Shown here: positions 18,548-26,156 of the stretch, one piece after another | How positions within the stretch are numbered: the stretch's first letter is position 1 | Layout: the number at the start of each line of letters is the position of its first letter | NCBI GenBank assembly: GCA_963761335.1 | Contig: CAVXGR010000017.1 | Coordinates: forward strand, 288,001 to 352,000 | Length of the DNA: 64,000 nt | Reading direction: 5' to 3' | Origin: an uncultured delta proteobacterium | GTDB lineage: Bacteria; Desulfobacterota; Binatia; HRBIN30; BPIQ01 | Notes under the pieces: model-generated | Seen by the model: only the letters and a program-made list of their open reading frames with translations | The model's database searches: none | What the model was told of the DNA's origin: nothing | Position numbers and translations under genes: made by a program

Positions 18548-18793
18548 TCAGATCCGGGCTTCTCTCCTCAAGAGATCTATCGCGGCTTCGAGGAGGGTAT
18601 AAGTTCCGCCCGATGGATTTCCATTATATCGGAACCAGCCCTGGTCCGGTCGATAGTAAGGCGACACACGATGAGGCCGACCGTCTGTGACCTCTTGATT
18701 GAGCGGGCATGCGTCCGTCGGCCATCGTAGCGTGCCGTCGTGGCGATAGGCACCTTCCAGGAGATCGAGTAAGATGTCGCGTTGTGCTTTCAT
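18548..18793 (-). CDS. small orphan protein (81 aa) in the TA islet
   Basis: GGAGG RBS upstream of ATG; lower-GC segment; no recognisable motif. Confidence 0.5.
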   Translation of the reverse strand: MKAQRDILLDLLEGAYRHDGTLRWPTDACPLNQEVTDGRPHRVSPYYRPDQGWFRYNGNPSGGTYTLLEAAIDLLRREARI

Positions 18794-18876
18794 AATTTCC
18801 TCCAGTTGGCAGTTTAGCTTACCTGTCAGTTAGGTCTCGTTCCGAAATTGCGCCGTCCCTCAGAACTCCCACCTTG

Positions 18877-19212
18877 TCAAGGGCGGCGCATGCCCAGATG
18901 CAGCAAGATCGCATCTTCCACTGCCTGCAGGTCCTTCGCCGACAGCAACCCAGCTCGGTTCCGGAGTCGCTGCTTGGATGCGGTGGTGATCTGATCGGCC
19001 ATTGCCTTGGCCGGCCTGTCGCCGGCAGCCACCAGGGCCTCTGCCGGATAGATCCGCTCGGTCTTTGAACTCAACGGCACCACCACGACCCTGTTGAGAG
19101 CGGCGTTCGCGGCGTTGTTGCTGACGACGACAGCCGGTCTCGTCTTGCGAATCTCGCCTCCGACCGACGGATCAAACGAGACCCACCACACCTCACCCCT
19201 TCGCGGCTGCAT
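18877..19212 (-). CDS. mazF: type II toxin, PemK/MazF endoribonuclease
   Basis: RGEVWWVSFDPSVGGEIRKTRPAVVVSNN, VVPLSS, MADQITTASKQRL. Confidence 0.95.
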   Translation of the reverse strand: MQPRRGEVWWVSFDPSVGGEIRKTRPAVVVSNNAANAALNRVVVVPLSSKTERIYPAEALVAAGDRPAKAMADQITTASKQRLRNRAGLLSAKDLQAVEDAILLHLGMRRP

Positions 19213-19585
19213 CGCCGATCAGCGCCTCGCTCCACTCCTCGGCCTCGCGTTCCCGCTCCTCGTCCGCAGCCATCTGACGGTAGCCGGCGGTGATGCTGTT
19301 CGGCGACTTTTCCGCCTCCGCCCGTGCCGCCCGCGCGGTCTCCTCGGCGGCGTAGTCGTCGATCAGGAACCACGTCGCCTGACCGCGGGAAATGGGGTTT
19401 CCCAGGGGCCGTTCGTCACTGCCGTTCCAGCGCGCCGCTACCACCTCGGCGTCGGTGCCGTCATCCTGCTTCCAGAGCAGGATAGCCACGGCCATCTGCT
19501 CCTCTCCTGGGTCGTGGATCACTTCGAGAATGCGCCGAATGCGGTTTCGAGGTGACACGACGGCGGTCGGACTCAGGTAAGCCAT
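19193..19585 (-). CDS. putative MazF antitoxin: unrecognised N-terminal domain plus acidic MazE/NdoAI-like tail
   Basis: Overlaps the mazF start; C-terminus AGYRQMAADEEREREAEEWSEALIGD; N-terminal part with RWNG...GNPISRGQATWF. Confidence 0.7.
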   Translation of the reverse strand: MAYLSPTAVVSPRNRIRRILEVIHDPGEEQMAVAILLWKQDDGTDAEVVAARWNGSDERPLGNPISRGQATWFLIDDYAAEETARAARAEAEKSPNSITAGYRQMAADEEREREAEEWSEALIGDAAAKG

Positions 19586-19592
19586 GCCCTTG

Positions 19593-19622
19593 TCCATAGC
19601 GCGGGTGACAATTATCTGTCAA
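19593..19622 (-). promoter_or_regulatory. TA promoter with overlapping palindromic operator
   Basis: Minus strand: TTGACA (19622-19617), 18 nt spacer, TATGGA (19598-19593), 7 nt, ATG 19585; TGACA-N6-TGTCA at 19606-19621. Confidence 0.6.
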
Positions 19623-19689
19623 GAACTTGTCTTAGTTATTGCAAGAGCTATCTAATTTGCAGCGCCGCGTGCGAACGGAGGGCGTCCGG

Positions 19690-19733
19690 TCCTGCCGCGC
19701 GAGCTTGAGCGCCGTGGCGCCGCGGTGGTGGAG
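19690..19733 (+). repeat. 44-bp duplicate of an internal hemD segment (17906-17949); att-like scar
   Basis: 41/44 identical; the three differences are synonymous third-position changes. Confidence 0.85.
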
Positions 19734-19792
19734 GCCGGGCGTGTCCCACCCGGCGTGTTGATGCATTCCCGCACCTGATCTAAGAGGGCTCC

Positions 19793-20767
19793 ATGAGCTC
19801 ATTCCCCGAGTACCGGCCGCGGCGGCTGCGGGCCAACGAGACGCTGCGGCGCATGGTTCGCGAGACGCGGCTGAGCGTCGACAACCTGGTCATGCCGCTC
19901 TTCGTCTGCCCCGGCTCCGGGGTCGAGAACGCCGTTGGCAGCATGCCCGGCGTCGCGCAGCTCTCGGTCGATCGTCTGGTCGAGAAGGCGAAGGAGATTC
20001 GCGATCTCGGCGTCCCCGCGGTCCTGCTCTTCGGCCTGCCCGATAAGAAGGACAGCGTCGGCAGCCAGGCATACAGCGACAAGGGGATCGTGCAGCGTGC
20101 GGTGGGTGCCCTCAAGGAGCAGGTGGACGACCTCCTGGTGATCACCGACGTCTGCCTGTGCGAGTACACCGATCACGGCCACTGCGGCATCATCGTCGAC
20201 GGCGAGGTCGACAACGACTCGACCATCGATCTGCTGGCCAAGGAGGCGGTGTCGCACGCCCGCGCCGGCGCCGACATGGTGGCCCCCTCCGACATGATGG
20301 ACGGGCGCATCGGCACCATCCGCGAGGCCCTCGACGACGAGGACTTCGCCGGCGTGCCGATCATGTCGTATGCGGCCAAGTTCGCCTCGGGCTTCTACGG
20401 CCCCTTTCGCGAGGCTGCCGAGTCGACGCCGCAGTTCGGCGACCGGCGCTCGTACCAGATGGATCCCGCCAACGCCGATGAGGCGCTGCGCGAGGTGCAG
20501 CTCGACATCGACGAGGGCGCCGACATCGTCATGGTCAAGCCGGCGCTCGCCTATCTCGACCTGATCTGGCGGGTGAAGGAGACCTTCGGCTATCCCGTCG
20601 CCGCCTACCACGTCAGCGGCGAGTACAGCATGATCAAGGCGGCGGCCGCCAACGGCTGGCTCGACGAGGAGCGCGTCGTTACCGAGGCGCTGACCTCGAT
20701 CCGCCGCGCCGGCGCCGACATCATCATCACCTACTTCGCCGCCGACGTCGCCCGAAGGTTGCGCTAG
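19793..20767 (+). CDS. hemB: porphobilinogen synthase (Zn-type)
   Basis: [61 protein letters not shown]. Confidence 0.98.
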   Translation: MSSFPEYRPRRLRANETLRRMVRETRLSVDNLVMPLFVCPGSGVENAVGSMPGVAQLSVDRLVEKAKEIRDLGVPAVLLFGLPDKKDSVGSQAYSDKGIVQRAVGALKEQVDDLLVITDVCLCEYTDHGHCGIIVDGEVDNDSTIDLLAKEAVSHARAGADMVAPSDMMDGRIGTIREALDDEDFAGVPIMSYAAKFASGFYGPFREAAESTPQFGDRRSYQMDPANADEALREVQLDIDEGADIVMVKPALAYLDLIWRVKETFGYPVAAYHVSGEYSMIKAAAANGWLDEERVVTEALTSIRRAGADIIITYFAADVARRLR

Positions 20768-20768
20768 C

Positions 20769-21437
20769 TCAAGGCGCCGCCTTGGCGGCGCGCACGAACT
20801 CCCGGATCTTGGCGAGATTGCGGCTGCCGTCGGCGTCCTCGATGCCGGTGTGGACGTCGACCGCCCACGGCCGCACGGTGGCGATGGCGGCGGCGACGTT
20901 GTCGGGAGTGAGCCCTCCGGCGAGGATGACCGGGGCACGGCAGGAGGTGGCGATCTCGGCGCTGATGCGCCAGTCGTGCACCTTGCCGGTGGCGCCGCCG
21001 CGGCCGCTCTCGGCGTCGTAGGTGTCGAGGATGACGGCGTCGACGTGGCGCTCCAGGGCGCGCGCCCGCGCCAGCGCCTCGGGGCCGGTGACGTGGACGG
21101 CGCGGATGACCTTCAGGTGCGGCATGGCGACCCGCAGCAGATGCAGCTCGCCGATGGGAAACTCGCCGTGCAGCTGCAGGACGCCGGCGCCGAGATAGCG
21201 GCACAGCTCGATCGCCTCGCGGGCGCCGGCGACGTAGGTGATGGCGACGCTGCTGACGAAGGGCGGCAGGCGGGCGATGATCGCCCGCGCCTTCTCCTCG
21301 GTGAGCCCGTCGTGGATTCCGGTCGGCAGGCGCACGGTGAAGCCGAGCGCGTCGGCGCCGGCGCGCTCCGCCGTCAGAGCCTCGTCGAGGCTGGAGACCC
21401 CGGCGATCTGCACGCGTACCGTGCCCTGCTCCCGCAT
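20769..21437 (-). CDS. trpF: phosphoribosylanthranilate isomerase-like protein (atypical active site)
   Basis: GADALGF, LQLHG, ILDT, GATGKVHDW, ILAGGLTPDNV, AVDVHTGIE; VQIAG replaces canonical VKICG. Confidence 0.8.
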   Translation of the reverse strand: MREQGTVRVQIAGVSSLDEALTAERAGADALGFTVRLPTGIHDGLTEEKARAIIARLPPFVSSVAITYVAGAREAIELCRYLGAGVLQLHGEFPIGELHLLRVAMPHLKVIRAVHVTGPEALARARALERHVDAVILDTYDAESGRGGATGKVHDWRISAEIATSCRAPVILAGGLTPDNVAAAIATVRPWAVDVHTGIEDADGSRNLAKIREFVRAAKAAP

Positions 21438-21442
21438 GCCGG

Positions 21443-22483
21443 CTACGGGACCAGCGCGATCTTGAGGCAGCCGTCGCGCCGCTGTGCGAACATCTCGTAG
21501 GCCTCGGCGCCGCGCGACAGCTCCATGCGATGGCTGATGAGACTCTTCGGCTCGATGCGGCCGCTGCGCACCAGCGGGATCAAGGACGGCAGAAAGCGCT
21601 GCACGTTGACCAGGCCGATGCGGAAGGTGAGGTCCTTCATCAGCGCCATCCCCATGGGAAAGGGGAAGTCCATCTGCAGCAGCACTCCGACCACGGAGAT
21701 GACGCCGCCGGTGCGCACCAGCTCGAAGGCGAGGTGGACCGTCTCGGGAGCGCCGACCGCCTCGATGGCGGCGTGTACGCCGCGGCCGTCGGTCGCCTCG
21801 AGCACGGCCGCGGCGACGTTCTGCGTCGCCGCGTCGATCGGTGTGGCGCCCAGCGCCCGGGCCTGCTCGAGCCGATATCCGACCTTGTCGATGGCCAGCA
21901 CCTGCGAGGGGCCGTACAGCTGGGCGCACTGCAGCGCGAACAGCCCCACCGGGCCGCAGCCGATCACCGCCACGGTATCGCCGGGCTTGATGGCGGCGTT
22001 CTCGGCGGCGTAGTAGCCGGTCGGCAGGATGTCGGTGAGGAAGAGCACCGACTCGTCATCGAAATCCGACGGCGTCGGCCAAAGGTTGGCGTCGGCATTG
22101 GGCACCGAGATCGCCTCCGCCTGGCCCCCGGGCAGATCGGGGGTGATGCCGTAGACCTTGTTGATGAAGTTGACGCAGCCGACCGCGTAGCCGGCCCGAC
22201 ACGGCTCGCAGTCGCCGCAGCCGATGACTCCGGGAACCAGGACGCGGTCCCCCTTGCGAAATCGACGGACGTCGCTGCCGACCTCTTCGACGACGCCCAC
22301 GCACTCGTGGCCCACCACCGTGCCGGGCATGGTGGGCACCAGGCCGTGGTAGAGGTGCAGGTCCGAGCCGCAGATCGAGCTGCGGGTGACGCGCACCACG
22401 GCGCCGCGCGCGTCGCGCAGAGCCGCATCGGCAACCGACTCGACGCGAACGTCATGAGTGCCGTGCAGAACGATCGCCTTCAT
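21443..22483 (-). CDS. Zn-dependent alcohol dehydrogenase (MDR, formaldehyde dehydrogenase-like)
   Basis: ICGSDLH, GHE, C-x2-C-x2-C-x7-C, DILPTG, GCGPVG. Confidence 0.93.
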   Translation of the reverse strand: MKAIVLHGTHDVRVESVADAALRDARGAVVRVTRSSICGSDLHLYHGLVPTMPGTVVGHECVGVVEEVGSDVRRFRKGDRVLVPGVIGCGDCEPCRAGYAVGCVNFINKVYGITPDLPGGQAEAISVPNADANLWPTPSDFDDESVLFLTDILPTGYYAAENAAIKPGDTVAVIGCGPVGLFALQCAQLYGPSQVLAIDKVGYRLEQARALGATPIDAATQNVAAAVLEATDGRGVHAAIEAVGAPETVHLAFELVRTGGVISVVGVLLQMDFPFPMGMALMKDLTFRIGLVNVQRFLPSLIPLVRSGRIEPKSLISHRMELSRGAEAYEMFAQRRDGCLKIALVP

Positions 22484-22609
22484 CGGATACCTCCGCGCCG
22501 ACGCTTACCACGAGCGCGCCGCCGGCGGTAGCGCGAGGGGGAGGCAGGGCCCGTGCTCGTGCTCAGACGGCTCTTCCACCTCACGCGGCTTGGCGCTATG
22601 GATTTGCGT

Positions 22610-23164
22610 ATGAAGCCCGACACAATCGAGGTGCTCGATCCGACGTCGCCGATTCCCGGAGAGCTGCAGGCGCTGACGCCCGGCATCGGCGACCTGAGCG
22701 GGCGCGTGCTCGGCATCCGCTTGGACCATACCTGGAAGTCCTTCACCGTTTTCGCCGAGGCGGTGGGCGTGCTTGCGCGCGCCGAATGGAAGGTGAAGGA
22801 CGTCGTCTTCTTCGACCCCGGCGTCCGCGCCGGAACCACGGAGGAGGAGCGCCACAAGGTGGCCGGCTTCGTGCGCGCCGTCGACGCCGCCGTCGTCGGC
22901 CTCGGTACGTGAGGGTCGTGCACGTCGTGGAGTGTCCACGACTCGGTCGAATGTGAGCGCGCCGGGGTGCCCGCGGTGGTCGTGGTGACCGAGGTGTTCG
23001 CCAATCTCGCGCTCATGGCCGCGCAGGCACGCGGCCTGGCGTCGCTGCGCCTGCTGGTCCTGCCGCATCCGCTCGAGGGCCGCGCCACTGACGAGCTGCG
23101 GGCGCTGGGACAGGCACGAGCGGGCGAGCTGCGGCGGCTGCTCACGGGCCCGCCGGTGAGCTGA
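22610..23164 (+). CDS. UGSC-family selenoprotein (Sec at TGA 22910-22912; thioredoxin-like UxxC motif)
   Basis: ORFs 22553..22912 and 22967..23164 are in the same frame; readthrough gives AVVGLGT-U-GSCTSWSVHDSVECERAGVPAVVVVTEVF...LVLPHPL; hairpin after the TGA. Confidence 0.9.
22913..22944 (+). promoter_or_regulatory. bacterial SECIS-like hairpin
   Basis: 11 nt after the TGA: GTCGTGG-AGTGT-CCACGAC (22924-22942), perfect 7-bp stem with a G-containing loop. Confidence 0.75.
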
Positions 23165-23165
23165 G

Positions 23166-24266
23166 GTGCGCGGCACGCTTCTCTCGCCCGGTATCGAGAC
23201 CGCCGCCGATCCGCTGGCGTTCTTCGAGCTCGCCGAGCGCCGGGGCTGGGGCGACGGCCTGCCGCTGATTCCGCCGACGGCGGAACGCGTGCTGGAGATG
23301 CTCGACCACTCCCCGGATCCGCCCGAGGCGGTGGTCGGCGTCGTCGAGCCGCGCCGCGGTGAAGCGACGGTGGAGAAGATCGCCATCAACGCCGTGATGG
23401 CCGGCTGCCCGCCGGAATGCTTTCCCGCGGTGCAGGCGTCGGTGGCGGCGGTCTGCGAACCATCCTTCAACCTGTACGCGCTCAATACCACGACGTGCTG
23501 CGCCACCCCGGCGATTCTGGTGAACGGCCCGGCGCGGCGGCAGCTGCGGATCGAATGCGGCTACAGCTGCCTCGGCAACAACGGCCGCGCCGGCGCCACC
23601 ATCGGCCGCGCCCTGCGCCTGGTGATGCGCAACGTCGGCGGCGCCGTTCCGGGGGCCGTCAGCAAGTCGGTGTTCGGCCAACCGGGCCGCATCTCCCTCT
23701 GCTTCGGCGAGTGGGAGGAGAAGAGCCCGTGGCCAGCGTTCCACGTGCGACGCGGCTTCGCCGCGGACGACAGCGTCGTCACCGTGCATTGCGCCACGGG
23801 CACGCAGGATATCGCCGACATCTACGCCGACACCGCCGAGGAGCTGATCTGGGTGCTGGCGCACTCGATCGACTGGATCGGCAACAACAAGGTGCTGGTT
23901 CCGGCGGAGGAGGGCGAGATGCTCCTCCTCCTGTGCCCCGACTTTGCCCACAAGATGGCCCGCGACGGCTTCGCCGTCGCCGACGTGCAGGCTCTGCTGC
24001 ACCGCTACACGCAGACCCCGATCGAGCGCTGGCATCGCCGCCACTGGCGCAAGCTCGAGGAGAAAGGCTTCGTGCGCGACGGGCGCGTGCCGCTGTGCGC
24101 CGCGCCGGAGCAGTTTCTCCTCGCGGTCGCCGGCGGCGAGTCCGGCCATCACGCGCTCAGCTTCTGCACTTTCGGGCTCACCCGCTCCGCGTCGCGCGCC
24201 TTCTCGCTCGGCCCCGCCGCCAGCGGAGAGGTTTGCGAGCTGCCGTTCCCCGAGGAGAAGAGATGA
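23166..24266 (+). CDS. conserved hypothetical protein, partner of the UGSC protein ('GWGDGLPLIPPT' family)
   Basis: Starts 1 nt after the selenoprotein stop; motifs GWGDGLPLIPPT, EKIAINAVMAGC, TTT, IGRALRL, GQPGR, EEKSPW; Cys-rich. Confidence 0.85.
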   Translation: MRGTLLSPGIETAADPLAFFELAERRGWGDGLPLIPPTAERVLEMLDHSPDPPEAVVGVVEPRRGEATVEKIAINAVMAGCPPECFPAVQASVAAVCEPSFNLYALNTTTCCATPAILVNGPARRQLRIECGYSCLGNNGRAGATIGRALRLVMRNVGGAVPGAVSKSVFGQPGRISLCFGEWEEKSPWPAFHVRRGFAADDSVVTVHCATGTQDIADIYADTAEELIWVLAHSIDWIGNNKVLVPAEEGEMLLLLCPDFAHKMARDGFAVADVQALLHRYTQTPIERWHRRHWRKLEEKGFVRDGRVPLCAAPEQFLLAVAGGESGHHALSFCTFGLTRSASRAFSLGPAASGEVCELPFPEEKR

Positions 24267-24700
24267 AGGTGATCGGAGTCGACCATATCGGCATCGCCGT
24301 CGAATCGATTGAAGAGGCGCTGCGTTTCTACCGCGACCGGCTCGGCCTGGAGGCCGGGCCCATCGAGAAGATCGGCGACGGCGCCGTGCGCATCTGCCGC
24401 CTGTGCGCCGGTGAGGTCGAGCTGGAGCTCATCGAGGCCGCCGACTGGGAGGCCACCATGCAGCGCCACCTGCCGCACCGCGGCCCGGGCGTATATCACC
24501 TCGGCCTGCGCGTCGCCGACGTCGACGGCGCCATCGCCGAGCTGGCCGGAGCCGAGGTGCCGATCATCGACCGCGAACCGCGTCAGGGGGAGAAGATGCG
24601 CGTCTCCTTCCTGTCGCCGGCGGCGGCGTGCGGAACGCTGATCGAGCTGGTCGAGCGAAAGCCCGCACGCGAGGTTGGCCGGCCGCCGCGAACGCGTTAG
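24263..24700 (+). CDS. VOC family protein, methylmalonyl-CoA epimerase-like
   Basis: DHIGIAV, LELIE, GPGVYHLGLRV, GTLIELVE; ATGA overlap with the upstream gene. Confidence 0.88.
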   Translation: MKVIGVDHIGIAVESIEEALRFYRDRLGLEAGPIEKIGDGAVRICRLCAGEVELELIEAADWEATMQRHLPHRGPGVYHLGLRVADVDGAIAELAGAEVPIIDREPRQGEKMRVSFLSPAAACGTLIELVERKPAREVGRPPRTR

Positions 24701-24720
24701 ACGGAATTTCATGGCGAGCG

Positions 24721-25239
24721 ATGACTGAGCCGGTCCGCGCTGCGGTTCTGGTGCCCATTTGCCGCGGCCCGGAGGGGCCCGAGGTCATCCTGACCCTGCG
24801 CTCCGAAGGCCTCTCGCACCACCGCGGTCAGGTGTCGTTCCCGGGCGGCCGCTTCGACCCGAGCTGCGACCAGTCGATTCTCGCGACCGCCCTCCGCGAA
24901 GCCGAGGAGGAGATCGGCATGCGTCCGGCCGACGTCGAGGTGCTCGGGGCGCTGCCGGAGCTGCACACGATGAGCTCGAGCTTCCTGATCAGCCCCTTTG
25001 TCGGGCGCGTGCCGCGCAACTACGAGTACACGCCCCACGATCGGGAGGTGGCCGCCATCTTCTCGATGCCGCTGCGCGCCCACGGCGATCCGGCCTTTCG
25101 GGTCAAGCACTCGTGGACCTACGACGGCCGCACCGGAGAGGTGCCGGCGATCCGCTACGACACGTATCTGGTCTGGGGCGCGACCCTGCGCATCCTCGAC
25201 ACGCTCATCGAATCGCCGCTGATGGCGCAGCTGGAGTAG
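24721..25239 (+). CDS. Nudix CoA pyrophosphatase (NudL/PCD1-like)
   Basis: AAVLVP, LTLRSEGLSHHRGQVSFPGG, ALREAEEEIG, VWGAT. Confidence 0.92.
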   Translation: MTEPVRAAVLVPICRGPEGPEVILTLRSEGLSHHRGQVSFPGGRFDPSCDQSILATALREAEEEIGMRPADVEVLGALPELHTMSSSFLISPFVGRVPRNYEYTPHDREVAAIFSMPLRAHGDPAFRVKHSWTYDGRTGEVPAIRYDTYLVWGATLRILDTLIESPLMAQLE

Positions 25240-25244
25240 GGCGA

Positions 25245-25310
25245 GAGCGCGGCCATCTTGGCCGCATGCGGCCTTTGCGAGTCCTTTGCGGCCGAGACGA
25301 CCCGGCTCCC
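25245..25310. repeat. class B REP-like pair between convergent genes
   Basis: GAGCGCGGCCATCTTGGCCGC ... GCGGCCGAGACGACCCGGCTCCC. Confidence 0.55.
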
Positions 25311-25317
25311 GGGGGGC

Positions 25318-26070
25318 TCACTCCTGCCGCAGCTTTGCGAGTGCCGCCTCCAGGTTGTCCGCCTCGAGCAGCGGCGCGGCGACCACAGCGGCGTCGACCA
25401 GGCCGGCGAGGCGGTGCCAGTCTTCCGCGCTGCGGACGTCGCCGAGACAGATGATCGGCCGCCGCGGCGGAACGCCGGCGGCGACGGCGCCCAGAAGCGG
25501 AAGGTCGAGAACACCCGCTCCCGTCAGGCCCCAGACGCCGATCGGCCAGCGGTCGCGGTTCAGGGCGCGCGGCAGGTCCTCCGTTCCGAGCACGCCAACG
25601 ATCGCGGTCATGTGCAAAGAGGAGGCGATGCCGAGCATCTCGTCGAGCTCGTCGTCACTCAGCCAGGCCACCGGCAGCACGGCGGCGTCGGCGCCGTAGA
25701 GGCGGCTCTGGTACAGAAGGGCAGGGCGGTGCAGGAAGTCGTCCCGCAGCACGGGAGCGCTCGAGGAACGCGCCGCCACCTGCAGGTCGTCCAGGCTGCC
25801 GCCGAAGCTCGGGTCCGTGGCAACGGCGATCGCAGCGACCTCGACATCGTCCATGGCGCCCGCCAGTGCGGCGACGTCGATCTCGCTCCACTCCCGGCCG
25901 CTGTACGGATCGCGGCGGTGAATTCCTCCGATGACGGCGACCTCGGCGCGACCGCTGCCGAGAAACTGGAAGAGATCACGGCGACTCGGCGTCACCTCGC
26001 TCAGGCGCAGTCCTTCGAGAGCGTCCGCTTCCGCCTCTCGGGCCCTGCGGATGCGATGGAAGTCGACCAC
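25318..26070 (-). CDS. indole-3-glycerol phosphate synthase (TrpC)-like protein, probably inactive
   Basis: AIAVATDPSFGGSLDDL, PVLRDDF, YQSRLYGADAAVL are recognisable, but the catalytic residues are substituted. Confidence 0.75.
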   Translation of the reverse strand: MVDFHRIRRAREAEADALEGLRLSEVTPSRRDLFQFLGSGRAEVAVIGGIHRRDPYSGREWSEIDVAALAGAMDDVEVAAIAVATDPSFGGSLDDLQVAARSSSAPVLRDDFLHRPALLYQSRLYGADAAVLPVAWLSDDELDEMLGIASSLHMTAIVGVLGTEDLPRALNRDRWPIGVWGLTGAGVLDLPLLGAVAAGVPPRRPIICLGDVRSAEDWHRLAGLVDAAVVAAPLLEADNLEAALAKLRQE

Positions 26071-26156
26071 GAGCAGCAGTGTCTCACCCCCGCCTCGCTG
26101 CGATCAAGAGGCGAGTGCATTGGGATCGGAGCGCGCCGGTGCTATGGTGTACGGTC

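Noticed and set aside
18410..18550. Sec readthrough of the TGA ending the 81-aa orphan
   Set aside because: The frame stays open about 45 codons, but there is no redox motif and no convincing SECIS hairpin
19690..19733. hemD duplicate as a DGR template/variable repeat pair
   Set aside because: Mismatches are not at adenines and no reverse transcriptase is present
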